A stretch of DNA of 49,975 bases from Pseudorhodobacter antarcticus. GTDB lineage: Bacteria > Pseudomonadota > Alphaproteobacteria > Rhodobacterales > Rhodobacteraceae. How positions within the stretch are numbered: position 1 is the first letter of the stretch; each line of letters begins with the position of its first letter. Below are positions 1-9,467 of the stretch, piece after piece. The notes beneath the pieces were generated by a model. That model was not told the origin of the DNA. It did no database searches and saw only the letters and a list, made by a program, of their open reading frames with translations. The translations under genes and the position numbers were made by a program. The stretch spans positions 1-49,975 of the forward strand of contig CAMDHB010000001.1 of NCBI GenBank assembly GCA_945897655.1. The letters are read 5' to 3'.

Positions 1-1131
1 GGTGATCGCACGGTCATTGTGATGGAAATCGGCGCGCACGACGGTCAGTGCTGCGCCATGCTTGGCACGTGCCTCAGCCTCGGTCGGGCCGATCTGGGCC
101 AGTTCGGGGTCGGTATAGGTGACCCAAGGGATATGGTCGCCCCGCGTCCTGGCGGGCAGGCCCAGCACGGCTTGCCGCAGCACGATGCCGGAATGATAGG
201 CGGCGACATGGGTGAACTGCAGACCCCCCGCCGCATCGCCCACCGCAAAGATGCGCCGGTTGCTGGACCGCAGCGACCCATCCACCGTCACGCCCTTCGG
301 CGTATGCGCCACCCCTGCGGCATCCAGATTGAGCCGCCCCAGCGCCACCTTGCGGCCAATCGCCAGCAGCAGATGGCTGCCCTGAACCTGCCGCCCATCG
401 GCCAGCGTCACGGTGACGGCGCCTGACACTTGCGTCACCGCCTGCCCCTCCAGAATCACCACCCCCTCGGCCCGCAACTGCGCGAGCACAACCGCCGCCG
501 CCTCGGGGTCATCGCGCCCCAGCGCCCGCGCCCCTTCGATCACCGTCACCGCACAGCCCAGCCGCCGATGGGCCAGCGCCATTTCCATGCCAATCGGCCC
601 GCCGCCGATGATGACCAAATGCGCCGGACGCTCCCGCAGGGCAAAGATCGTCTCGTTGGTCAGATAGGGCACCGCGTCCAGCCCCGGGATGGGCGGCACC
701 AGCGCATGAGAGCCTGTCGCAATCACGAACCGCCGGGCGCGGATCACATCATCCCCCGCCTGCAGCTCCGTGGGCGACAGGAACTGCCCCCAGGCCCGGA
801 TCACCCGCACCCCCAGCCGGTGAAACCGCTCCTCACTGTCAAACGGCGCAATCTCGGCAATCGCCCGCTGAACATGATCCTTGGCGGCTGCGAAATCGAC
901 CTCAGGCTCGGTCGCCGCCACGCCAAACCCGCCCACCCGACGCGCCTGCGCCGCCTTGCCCGCTGCCAGCAGGGCCTTCGACGGCACGCAGCCGGTGTTC
1001 AGGCAATCGCCCCCCATCTCGGCGCCCTCGACCAGTACGACTCGCGCGCCCATCTGCACCGCCCCTGCGGCCAATGACAGGCCACCCGACCCCGCCCCGA
1101 TGATGCAAAGGTCCGTCTCGATCCGTGCCAT
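1..1131 (-). CDS. FAD-dependent pyridine nucleotide-disulfide oxidoreductase (dihydrolipoamide dehydrogenase/mercuric reductase-like); 3' end lies beyond the window edge
   Basis: Not in the ORF track. My translation from ATG 1131 gives MARIETDLCIIGAGSGGLSLAAGAVQMGARVVLVEGAEMGGDCLNTGCVPSKAL, with a GxGxxG FAD motif and the redox-active GGDCLNTGCVPSK motif. Confidence 0.9.
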   Translation of the reverse strand, partial: MARIETDLCIIGAGSGGLSLAAGAVQMGARVVLVEGAEMGGDCLNTGCVPSKALLAAGKAAQARRVGGFGVAATEPEVDFAAAKDHVQRAIAEIAPFDSEERFHRLGVRVIRAWGQFLSPTELQAGDDVIRARRFVIATGSHALVPPIPGLDAVPYLTNETIFALRERPAHLVIIGGGPIGMEMALAHRRLGCAVTVIEGARALGRDDPEAAAVVLAQLRAEGVVILEGQAVTQVSGAVTVTLADGRQVQGSHLLLAIGRKVALGRLNLDAAGVAHTPKGVTVDGSLRSSNRRIFAVGDAAGGLQFTHVAAYHSGIVLRQAVLGLPARTRGDHIPWVTYTDPELAQIGPTEAEARAKHGAALTVVRADFHHNDRAIT

Positions 1132-1134
1132 GGG

Positions 1135-1884
1135 TCAGTCCTCTTTGCGCTGAAACAGTTTGATCACCAAAGGCAGGGCCGCCAGCACCGCCAACCCCAA
1201 CAAGGGCAGCCCGAATTGCGGTTGCAGCAGAATGTTCAGATGCGGCACCTCGCCCCGGGCAAACACATCGCCCAAGCCGGCCCCCAGCGAGGTATAGATC
1301 ACCCCCGCCGGAATGATGCCCAGCACCGTTGTCAGCGCAAAGGTTGACAGTCGCACACCCACAAAGGCCGGCAAGATGTTGGCCACAAAGAACGGCACGA
1401 CCGGGATCAGCCGCATGGTCAGCAGGACCCACAACTGGTTGTCGCGCAATTGCCCCTGCAACCGCGCCACAACGCCGCCGCGCTCCTCAATCCCCTTGGC
1501 GAAATCGGCGCCAAAGCCCATGCGCGCTGACATGAACACAATCACCGCCCCAATCGACGCCGCGATGACGTTATAGGCCGTGCCGGGAAACACCCCGAAC
1601 AAAAAGCCCCCGGTCAGCGACAAGATGATGGCCCCGGGCAAGGAGATGACAACGACCAGTGTATAGACCGCGATGAAGGCCAGGCTTGCCAGTGCGAAAT
1701 GCGCATCGCGCAGGGCCAGCAGCCGTTCGCGGTTCTGCGCCAATGCGTCAAAGCTCAACAGATCGCGGAACTGGATCAGCGCCACCGCGAAACCTGCAAG
1801 GATGAGCAGGATCGGAAGCCGCCGCAACCAGCGGCTTGGTGCGGCGTTCGTGTCTGGCTGGGGCATGATCTTTTCCATGTGCAT
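1135..1884 (-). CDS. TVP38/TMEM64 (SNARE-associated, DedA superfamily) membrane protein
   Basis: Hydrophobic helices and motifs SLPGAIILSLTGGFLFG and LLTMRLIPVVPFFVAN. Start uncertain (ATG at 1884, 1878 or 1866); the ORF-track extension to 2082 is unlikely. Confidence 0.85.
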   Translation of the reverse strand: MHMEKIMPQPDTNAAPSRWLRRLPILLILAGFAVALIQFRDLLSFDALAQNRERLLALRDAHFALASLAFIAVYTLVVVISLPGAIILSLTGGFLFGVFPGTAYNVIAASIGAVIVFMSARMGFGADFAKGIEERGGVVARLQGQLRDNQLWVLLTMRLIPVVPFFVANILPAFVGVRLSTFALTTVLGIIPAGVIYTSLGAGLGDVFARGEVPHLNILLQPQFGLPLLGLAVLAALPLVIKLFQRKED

Positions 1885-2135
1885 GGTCCCTACTTGCCCG
1901 CGAATGGCCGGACTTGCCATCCGCCTCACGCGTCCTTGATAATTGAGGCGGGCTTGTGGCCAAAAGCATGTGTTCCGGGCCCTAGTGTTACAACCCACCG
2001 GGTCCCCCACGGGATTCTTGCAACAAACCCGCATCGCTTGCGTTGACTTCAAGGTTTCACCTGCGTAAAGGACGGGCTTCAAGTTTACCGCCGTCGAATC
2101 CTTGGGTTCGCCGGATCAGCCTTATGGAGTACGCG

Positions 2136-2270
2136 ATGAAGCGCACCTTTCAACCGTCGAACCTGGTTCGCGCTCGCCGCCACGGCTTTCGCGCCCGCAT
2201 GGCAACCAAGGGCGGCCGTCTTGTGCTGAACGCCCGCCGCGCACGTGGCCGCAAGAAGCTGTCCGCTTGA
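2136..2270 (+). CDS. rpmH: 50S ribosomal protein L34
   Basis: [44 protein letters not shown], with a GGAG SD upstream. Confidence 0.98.
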   Translation: MKRTFQPSNLVRARRHGFRARMATKGGRLVLNARRARGRKKLSA

Positions 2271-2307
2271 TCTGGCGCCGCCCCAAGGTCGCAAGGTCTA
2301 GGGTCGG

Positions 2308-2709
2308 ATGATGGAACAGGAACAGCCAGACGATGCCGCCGAATCTTCGGCGGTTTTGTCTTTTGTGCCGCTGATAACGCTGCAACACCGCCCTGATTTT
2401 CTGAAGGCGGCTTCGGCCCGCCGTCAGGGTACGGCCAGCTTTTTGTTGCAGGCGCGCAACCGTGCCGATGATCAGCATCTGGCGCGCATCGGCTTTACCG
2501 CGTCCAAGAAAATCGGCAACGCCGTCCTGCGCAACCGTGCCAAGCGCCGGATGCGCGCGGCGGTGCATCAGGTTTTGACCAGCCTTGCGCGCCCGGGATG
2601 GGATTATGTGCTGGTGGCCCGCCCCAATGCGACCGTCTCGCGTTCATTTACCGATCTGCTGGCCGATCTGACCCAAGCCATCGCCTCAGTCCACCGTGAC
2701 CGCGCATGA
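2308..2709 (+). CDS. rnpA: Ribonuclease P protein component
   Basis: [24 protein letters not shown] (RNR motif); follows rpmH. Confidence 0.95.
   Translation: MMEQEQPDDAAESSAVLSFVPLITLQHRPDFLKAASARRQGTASFLLQARNRADDQHLARIGFTASKKIGNAVLRNRAKRRMRAAVHQVLTSLARPGWDYVLVARPNATVSRSFTDLLADLTQAIASVHRDRA
2336..2364 (+). terminator. Intrinsic terminator-like hairpin inside the rnpA 5' end
   Basis: CCGCCGAA-tc-TTCGGCGG followed by TTTTGTCTTTT. Confidence 0.5.
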
Positions 2710-2972
2710 CCCCCGCCGCGCGCCTGCTGGCCCTGCCCGTGCATGCCTACCGGTTGTTCCTGTCGCCCTGGCTGGGGATGGATTGCCGCTACCAACCCAC
2801 CTGCTCGGTCTATGCGCTTGAGGCGCTTGAACGTCATGGGGCGGTGAAGGGCGGCTATCTGGCGGCCCGCCGTCTGTGCCGATGCCACCCTTGGGGCGGG
2901 CATGGCTATGACCCCGTGCCGGGGGCCGACCCCGAGTTTGATCAAAGCCGCACCCCGCCGTCCAAAGACTGA
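2706..2972 (+). CDS. yidD: Membrane protein insertion efficiency factor YidD
   Basis: [46 protein letters not shown]; synteny with rnpA and yidC. Confidence 0.95.
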   Translation: MTPAARLLALPVHAYRLFLSPWLGMDCRYQPTCSVYALEALERHGAVKGGYLAARRLCRCHPWGGHGYDPVPGADPEFDQSRTPPSKD

Positions 2973-3009
2973 ACGCGCCCTGCCGAGGGCAGGTTTCAGA
3001 CGCGCCAAG

Positions 3010-3086
3010 AACCTTTCCAGATGGTTAACGATTTTGCATAAACCATTGATAATAATGTATTTTTGAAAGTGTCCACATGTGGACGC
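3010..3086 (+). repeat. 77-bp intergenic module, copy 1 (TTAAC box, IHF-like site, 18-bp palindrome)
   Basis: AACCTTTCCAgaTGGTTAAC ... TAAaccaTTGATA ... AAAGTGTCCACATGTGGACgC; aligns without gaps to the reverse complement of 8352-8428. Confidence 0.8.
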
Positions 3087-3142
3087 TTGAATTCCCGCCC
3101 GATTTGTCCTAACCCGCTCTCATCCCCCGGCCGGAAATCCCC

Positions 3143-3967
3143 ATGCTCGACACCCCAGAAATCCACCCCCTCTTCCACGGCGCCCCCACCACGCCCGAGT
3201 TTCAAAAGCTGCGCAAAAGGCTGGTCGCCCAGGTCCGCGAAGCGGTGGAAACCTACGGCATGATCGACCGCGGCGCCCGCTGGCTGGTGTGCCTGTCGGG
3301 CGGGAAGGACAGCTATACCCTGCTGTCCATCCTGACCGAATTGAAATGGCGCGGCCTGTTGCCTGTGGACCTGTTGGCCTGCAACCTCGATCAGGGCCAA
3401 CCCGGTTTCCCCGCAACAGTGTTGCCCGAGTTTCTGACCCGCATGGGCGTGCCCCACCGCATCGAATACCAGGACACCTATTCCGTCGTCACCTCCAAGA
3501 TCGCGCCCGGCGGGACCATGTGCTCGCTCTGCTCCCGCCTGCGTCGTGGGAACCTGTACCGCATTGCCCGCGAGGAGGGCTGTTCCGCCGTCGTTCTGGG
3601 CCACCACCGCGATGACCTGCTGGAGACGTTTTTCCTCAACCTCTTCCACGGCGGGCGACTTGCCACGATGCCCCCCAAACTGGTGAACGAGGATGGCGAC
3701 CTGTTCGTGTATCGCCCCCTTGCCCTGGTTGCCGAGGCCGATTGCGAAGCCTTCTCGACCGCGATGAACTATCCCATCATCCCCTGCGACCTGTGCGGCA
3801 GCCAAGAGGGGTTGCAGCGCGCCCAGATCAAGAAACTGCTGGATGAGTGGGAGGTTCGCACCCCCGGCCGCCGCAACATCATGGCCCGCGCCCTGATGAA
3901 CGTCCGCCCCTCTCACCTGGCCGATCCAGCGCTGTTTGATTTCGCCAACCTGGGCCTGACGCCGTAG
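3143..3967 (+). CDS. ttcA: tRNA 2-thiocytidine(32) synthetase
   Basis: PP-loop [22 protein letters not shown] and [10 protein letters not shown] motifs. Confidence 0.96.
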   Translation: MLDTPEIHPLFHGAPTTPEFQKLRKRLVAQVREAVETYGMIDRGARWLVCLSGGKDSYTLLSILTELKWRGLLPVDLLACNLDQGQPGFPATVLPEFLTRMGVPHRIEYQDTYSVVTSKIAPGGTMCSLCSRLRRGNLYRIAREEGCSAVVLGHHRDDLLETFFLNLFHGGRLATMPPKLVNEDGDLFVYRPLALVAEADCEAFSTAMNYPIIPCDLCGSQEGLQRAQIKKLLDEWEVRTPGRRNIMARALMNVRPSHLADPALFDFANLGLTP

Positions 3968-4104
3968 AACGACTGCCCCTGCCGCCTCCAATCGGGAAGG
4001 CCAAAATCCATGCAGTTTCGCTGGCCCGATTAACCTTGAGGTCAGCTTCTTTCCCTAGGCTCCCAGCACAGACAGATTCGCGGGTACACCTTGGGGGCCA
4101 GGCT

Positions 4105-5652
4105 ATGGACAGACTTCGCTGGGATGCTGCCGTGCACGGCCTGTACCGTGCGCTTGGGGTGTTCCGCCGACCTGAATTGATGGTGTTCATCCCGGCTGTC
4201 ACACTGGCCGCATTCTGGCTTGGTGGCGAAAGGATGCTGGTCCTGACGGCCTTGGGTGCGCCGCTTTTGTTTGCGATAGGCGGGGCGTTCCGGTTTCCTT
4301 CAAACGCAGGTGCCAGCGTTCCGGATGCGCTGACGGGTCTGGCGATGCGGCCGCAGATCATCACCCTGATGGATGACATCCTGAGAGAGGCGCCCGTATC
4401 TGGCATGACAACGGCCTGTGTCGTCGTCCAGTTCGACGATGTGGCGGGCCTGTTGGAGCGTCATGGCAGGGCGGCACAGACGGAAATTCTGGCCCGCTGC
4501 GCCGAACGGGTGTGTGCCAGCCTGCGAAATGGCGACACGGTTGCGAGGTTGGAGGGGGGCGGGTTTGCGGTGGTGCTGGGCCGCGTCCGGCGCTTTGATC
4601 TGGAATCGGCTGTGCAGCTTTGTGCTAGACTGCAATCTGCCCTGTCTCCGCCGATCAGCCTGAATGGTGGAAGGCTCTATGTGACCTCTTCCATCGGTTT
4701 CTGTCTGGGCGAACGTGCCCCGGGTCAAGGGGGCGCTGAGTTGTTGGATGCTGCACAGGTCGCAGCGGATGAGGCCCTGCGCAACGGTCCCGGTGCCATC
4801 CGGGCCTATGCGCCTGACATGACCCGCACACGCGCCGACCGGGATTCTCTGCGTGAGGATCTTGAAACGGCCCTGGACGAGGGGCAGATCCGCGCGCATT
4901 TCCAACCGCAAATCTCAACCGAGACGGGTGCCATCAGCGGCTTTGAAGCCCTGGCGCGGTGGTATCACCCCGAACGTGGCCTGATCCCGCCTGCGGAGTT
5001 TCTGCCGGCCATTGAAGATTGCGGGCTAAGCGGTCGCTTGGGCGAAGTGATGGTTTACAACGCCCTGCTGGCGCTAAGCCGGTGGGACAAGGCCGGGTAC
5101 AAGGTGCCGGCGGTGGCTGTGAATTTCTCGAAATCCGAACTGCGCAATCCCGGGCTGGCCAGCAAGCTGAAATGGGAATTGGACCGCTTTGATCTGGCCC
5201 CGGGACGGTTGACGGTGGAAATTCTGGAAACCGTGGTGGCCGAAACGCAGAATGATGTCGTTGTGTCCAACATTGCGGCCATCTCGCAAATGGGTTGCGG
5301 GGTTGATCTGGATGATTTCGGAACCGGCCACGCCTCGATCACGTCAATCCGGCGATTTCCGGTGCGTCGGATCAAGATCGACCGTTCGTTCGTGACCCGC
5401 GTCGATGAAGACCGCGAACAGCAAAAGGTGATGTCGGCGATCCTGTCGATGGCCGAGCAATTGGGGATGGAAACGCTGGCCGAAGGGGTCGAAACGCCGG
5501 GTGAGCATGCCATGCTGGCGCAACTTGGCTGCCGTCATGTGCAAGGATTCGGCATTGCCAGACCGATGCCGGTTGAGGAAACGCTGGATTGGATTGCGCG
5601 GCACCTTGCCCGACAGTCAGGCACCCCACGGATCGGCAAGAAGGCGCGGTGA
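4105..5652 (+). CDS. Membrane-anchored GGDEF(degenerate)-EAL protein, probable c-di-GMP phosphodiesterase
   Basis: N-terminal hydrophobic segments. The GGDEF site reads RLEGGGF. EAL motifs FEALARW, DDFGTG, KIDRSF, AEGVET and QGF are intact. Start could be TTG 4036. Confidence 0.9.
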   Translation: MDRLRWDAAVHGLYRALGVFRRPELMVFIPAVTLAAFWLGGERMLVLTALGAPLLFAIGGAFRFPSNAGASVPDALTGLAMRPQIITLMDDILREAPVSGMTTACVVVQFDDVAGLLERHGRAAQTEILARCAERVCASLRNGDTVARLEGGGFAVVLGRVRRFDLESAVQLCARLQSALSPPISLNGGRLYVTSSIGFCLGERAPGQGGAELLDAAQVAADEALRNGPGAIRAYAPDMTRTRADRDSLREDLETALDEGQIRAHFQPQISTETGAISGFEALARWYHPERGLIPPAEFLPAIEDCGLSGRLGEVMVYNALLALSRWDKAGYKVPAVAVNFSKSELRNPGLASKLKWELDRFDLAPGRLTVEILETVVAETQNDVVVSNIAAISQMGCGVDLDDFGTGHASITSIRRFPVRRIKIDRSFVTRVDEDREQQKVMSAILSMAEQLGMETLAEGVETPGEHAMLAQLGCRHVQGFGIARPMPVEETLDWIARHLARQSGTPRIGKKAR

Positions 5653-5802
5653 GCCTGCGCGTAATCCCTTTGGCTACCAGATTGCAGGATTTCCTGAGGC
5701 AACTTGTCCTGCAAAGGCATAACCGGACCAAAACCGCTTGACCTTTGCCGCCCCCTTCTGTTGAACGACCGCTGATATTGAGCAAAGGCGGCGGCAGTCC
5801 CA

Positions 5803-7692
5803 ATGGAAGATCAGAACAAGAATCTTATCCTTGCAACCGTACTCAGTTTCCTTGTGATACTGGTTTGGTTCATCGGCGGACCCATGCTGTTTCCAAACTG
5901 GTTCCCCGCCGAAAAAACGGCCACCACAGAGCTGACGGCGCTGCCGCCGGAAGTAGCAGCGCCTGCACCGGCCCCGTCCTCTACCGGCGAAAGCCTGGAT
6001 GCGCCGGTAGTGACCGAGGCGCCCCGTGTGATGCTGGACACGCCTAAGCTTTCGGGGTCGATCTCGATGTTGGGCGGCAGACTGGATGACCTCTCGCTGA
6101 AAACCTATCGCAAGACCGTCAGCCCCGATTCCGAGAATGTGCAGCTTTTGTCGGCTGCAGGTTCCGCGGTGCCCTATTATGCGGTGTTTGCCTTCCAGCC
6201 GGGTGAAGGCATGGACGCGGGCGACGTTCCGGGCTTCAGCACCCTGTGGCAGGCGGTTGGTGGGCCGCTGACACCGGACAGCCCGATCACATTGACCTGG
6301 CAGAACGACAAGGGGCTGGCCTTTACCCGGACCGTTGCCGTCGATGAAAACTTCATGTTCACGGTCACCGATAAGATCGACAACACGGGTAACGCGGTTG
6401 CCAATCTGGCCCCGATCAGCGTCATTGCTCGTCGTGGCCTGCCAAAGCTGGAAAACATCTTTGTAGTCCACGAAGGGATGATTCGACGTACCGATGGGAT
6501 TTTGGAGGAAAGCAAGTATTCCGCGATGAGCGATCTTCCTGAACTGGAAGGGGCTGTGGGCGAGAAGATTGAGGCTGCCACGGATGGCTGGATCGGGTTC
6601 ACTGATCACTACTGGATGACAACGCTTATTCCTGAACAGGGAAAGGCATTCACCGCTGTCACAAAGTTCACCCCTAGCCCGGTTGCCGGTTCAGAGATCT
6701 ATCAGGTCGAGATTCGTCAGCCGGTCCTGTCCGTCGCTCCTGGTGGCAGCGCATCGTCGCAGGTTCAGTTTTTTGCCGGCGCAAAGGAATGGGAAACCAT
6801 CCACAACTATCAGAACGACCCGGCCTGGCTTGACTGGGCGCTGGGGGACCGGGTTGATAGCAGCAGACCGCAGATAGCGGGTTTCATCGACTCGATCGAT
6901 TGGGGCTGGTTCTTTTTCCTGACGAAGCCGATCTTCCGCCTGCTGCACTGGCTGCATGGGCTGATCGGGAACATGGGCCTGGCCATCATTGCGCTGACCT
7001 TCATCCTGAAAACGCTGGTTCTGCCGCTGGTTTACAAATCATCCGTGTCGATGGCGCGGATGAAGGAGTTGCAGCCAGAGATGGAGGCGTTGAAAGAGCG
7101 CGCTGGCGACGACAAGCAAAAGCTGCAGCGCGACATGATGGCGTTGTACAAGGAAAAGAAGGTGAACCCGGCGGCGGGCTGTTTGCCGATATTGCCGCAG
7201 ATCCCGATCTTCTTCAGCTTGTACAAAGTGATCTTCGTCACGATTGAACTGCGTCATGCGCCCTTTGTGGGTTGGCTGAACGACCTGTCGCAGCCTGACA
7301 CTTCGTCCTTGATGAACCTGTTTGGGTTGCTGCCCTGGGCAGGGCCAGAACAGCACACGCTGTTGGCAACGATCTTCATCGGGGTGCTGCCGATTCTGCT
7401 GGGGATTTCAATGTGGTTCCAGCAAAAGCTGAACCCGGCCCCGACTGACCCGGTTCAGCAGCAAATCTTTGCCTGGATGCCGTGGGTGTTCATGTTCATG
7501 CTGGGTAGCTTTGCGTCGGGTCTGGTGCTGTACTGGATCACGAACAATACGATCACCTTTGCCCAACAATACCTGATCATGTGGAGTCATGGGAAACGGC
7601 CTGACCTGTTTGGCAACATCTTCACCAAGGCCCCGCCACCGACGCTACCCGCTGCCAACCTACCGACCAAACCGACCAAGCCCAAGAAATGA
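5803..7692 (+). CDS. yidC: Membrane protein insertase YidC
   Basis: IDWGWFFFLTKP, SMARMKELQP, KVNPAAGCLP and GLVLYWITNN motifs. Confidence 0.97.
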   Translation: MEDQNKNLILATVLSFLVILVWFIGGPMLFPNWFPAEKTATTELTALPPEVAAPAPAPSSTGESLDAPVVTEAPRVMLDTPKLSGSISMLGGRLDDLSLKTYRKTVSPDSENVQLLSAAGSAVPYYAVFAFQPGEGMDAGDVPGFSTLWQAVGGPLTPDSPITLTWQNDKGLAFTRTVAVDENFMFTVTDKIDNTGNAVANLAPISVIARRGLPKLENIFVVHEGMIRRTDGILEESKYSAMSDLPELEGAVGEKIEAATDGWIGFTDHYWMTTLIPEQGKAFTAVTKFTPSPVAGSEIYQVEIRQPVLSVAPGGSASSQVQFFAGAKEWETIHNYQNDPAWLDWALGDRVDSSRPQIAGFIDSIDWGWFFFLTKPIFRLLHWLHGLIGNMGLAIIALTFILKTLVLPLVYKSSVSMARMKELQPEMEALKERAGDDKQKLQRDMMALYKEKKVNPAAGCLPILPQIPIFFSLYKVIFVTIELRHAPFVGWLNDLSQPDTSSLMNLFGLLPWAGPEQHTLLATIFIGVLPILLGISMWFQQKLNPAPTDPVQQQIFAWMPWVFMFMLGSFASGLVLYWITNNTITFAQQYLIMWSHGKRPDLFGNIFTKAPPPTLPAANLPTKPTKPKK

Positions 7693-8345
7693 GTGGGGGT
7701 GTCACCTTCACTTTGGCGGACGAGCCTGAGGATGAGGCGCGCGAGTTGGGGCGGCTGTTGTTTGCGGGTCCAGTTGATTTCCTGAAGGGGGTCGTCGCGA
7801 TGTCGGGCCTGCCCTCGGCGGACCGGCTGGAGGTGTGCTTTGCCGGGCGGTCCAATGTAGGCAAGTCCAGCCTGATTAACGCGCTGACCAACCGGAAGAA
7901 CCTGGCACGCGCCTCGAACACGCCGGGACGGACGCAGGAGATCAACTTTTTCCTGCTGGGCGAGGAGCGGTATCTGGTCGACTTGCCCGGCTATGGCTAT
8001 GCTGAGGCGCCCCTGCATATCGTGGCGAAATGGCAGGCGCTGTTGAAAAGCTATCTGGCGGGGCGGGTCAATCTGCGGCGGGTTTTCGTGCTGGTGGATT
8101 CGCGGCACGGGGTCAAGGATGTCGATGAAGAGATCTTGAAACTGCTGGACCGGTCCGCTGTCACCTTTCAGGTGGTGCTGACCAAGGTGGACAAGATTTC
8201 CCAGGCCGACAAACTGGCCGTGATCGAACAGGTCAAGGCGGCGCTGGCCAAGCATGTCGCGGCATACCCTGAGATCATCGTGACATCGTCCGAGAAGGGT
8301 GAGGGGATCGAAACCCTGCGGGCTGTGATCGCCACGATGGAGTAA
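7689..8345 (+). CDS. yihA: Ribosome biogenesis GTPase YihA/YsxC (EngB)
   Basis: GRSNVGKSS, SNTPGRTQ, DLPGYG and TKVDK G-motifs. Confidence 0.96.
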   Translation: MSGGVTFTLADEPEDEARELGRLLFAGPVDFLKGVVAMSGLPSADRLEVCFAGRSNVGKSSLINALTNRKNLARASNTPGRTQEINFFLLGEERYLVDLPGYGYAEAPLHIVAKWQALLKSYLAGRVNLRRVFVLVDSRHGVKDVDEEILKLLDRSAVTFQVVLTKVDKISQADKLAVIEQVKAALAKHVAAYPEIIVTSSEKGEGIETLRAVIATME

Positions 8346-8351
8346 ACGGAC

Positions 8352-8428
8352 GTGTCCACATGTGGACACTTTGAAATATGAAGCAAGTTCAAGGACTTGA
8401 CTTTTTCTGTTAACCAGGTGGAAAGGTT
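8352..8428 (-). repeat. 77-bp intergenic module, copy 2 (inverted relative to copy 1)
   Basis: Perfect palindrome GTGTCCACATGTGGACAC at 8352-8369 and GTTAACCAggTGGAAAGGTT at 8409-8428; same 39-bp spacer as copy 1. Confidence 0.8.
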
Positions 8429-8481
8429 TGTCCCGGCTTGGCAGACCCCGCAAAACCCGCTAATTCCCCGGAGGGCCCCCG

Positions 8482-9381
8482 ATGAAAAAGCAGACCCTTA
8501 CCATGTCCGACGCCATTTCCACCGCCAAGATGCTGTCCGAAGCGCTGCCCTATCTGCAACGCTTTACCGGGGCGGTTGTGGTCGTCAAATTCGGCGGCAA
8601 CGCGATGGGCGATGACGCGGCGATGGCAGAGTTTGCCCGCGACATCGTGCTGATGCGGCAGGTGGGCGTGAACCCGGTTGTGGTGCATGGCGGCGGCCCG
8701 ATGATCAATGAGATGCTGACCAAGCTGGGCATCAAGTCCGAGTTTGTGCGCGGCAAGCGGGTGACGGACAAGGCCACGGTCGAAGTGGTCGAAATGATCC
8801 TGTCCGGTCTGGTGAACAAGCGGATCGTGCAGGCGATCATGGATGCCGGGGGCCGTGCGGTGGGCATTTCGGGCAAGGATGACGACCTGATGGTCTGCGT
8901 CGCCGATGACCCGGAACTGGGCTATGTCGGCCGCCCGGTTGAAATGAACGTGCAGGTGCTGCGCGATCTGTACAACGCCGGCATCATCCCTGTCGTGGCC
9001 CCTGTGGCCACCGGCATGGCGGATAACGAGACGTTCAACGTCAACGGCGACACCGCTGCTGGGGCCATTGCGGGCGCCCTGCAGGCGGACCGTCTGCTGC
9101 TGCTGACCGATGTGCCCGGCGTCAAGAATGCGGCGGGCGAGGTGATGACCCAGATCACGCCCGAAGAGATCAGGCAGATGACGGCGGATGGTGTCATTTC
9201 GGGCGGCATGATTCCCAAGACCGAAACCGCGCTGATGGCGCTGGAGGCCGGGACGCGGGCCGTGACAATTCTGGACGGGCGCATTCCCAATGCATGTATT
9301 CTGGAACTGTTCACGGATCACGGTGCCGGCAGCCAGATCCGGTCAACCGAGCCCCGTGTCAAACCCCGCGTTCGCCGCTGA
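8482..9381 (+). CDS. argB: Acetylglutamate kinase
   Basis: [28 protein letters not shown] and GGMIPK motifs. Confidence 0.96.
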   Translation: MKKQTLTMSDAISTAKMLSEALPYLQRFTGAVVVVKFGGNAMGDDAAMAEFARDIVLMRQVGVNPVVVHGGGPMINEMLTKLGIKSEFVRGKRVTDKATVEVVEMILSGLVNKRIVQAIMDAGGRAVGISGKDDDLMVCVADDPELGYVGRPVEMNVQVLRDLYNAGIIPVVAPVATGMADNETFNVNGDTAAGAIAGALQADRLLLLTDVPGVKNAAGEVMTQITPEEIRQMTADGVISGGMIPKTETALMALEAGTRAVTILDGRIPNACILELFTDHGAGSQIRSTEPRVKPRVRR

Positions 9382-9427
9382 TCGGCGCGGCCCTTGTGGC
9401 CATAGCGCCCCTGATGACGATTTCGCC

Positions 9428-9456
9428 TTGACGGCCCGTGGGGGCATGACTAGACC
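9428..9456 (+). promoter_or_regulatory. sigma70-type promoter of tRNA-Met
   Basis: TTGACG-N17-TAGACC ending 11 nt before the tRNA. Confidence 0.55.
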
Positions 9457-9467
9457 CCCGCAGCAGT

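Noticed and set aside
3069-3086. parS site or oriC
   Set aside because: The palindrome does not match TGTTTCACGTGAAACA. There is no dnaA, parAB or hemE here and the intergenic regions are short, so oriC is not supported.
3010-8428. Transposon bounded by the two inverted modules
   Set aside because: The cargo is core genes in the usual orientation (yidC, yihA); no transposase or target duplication is seen.
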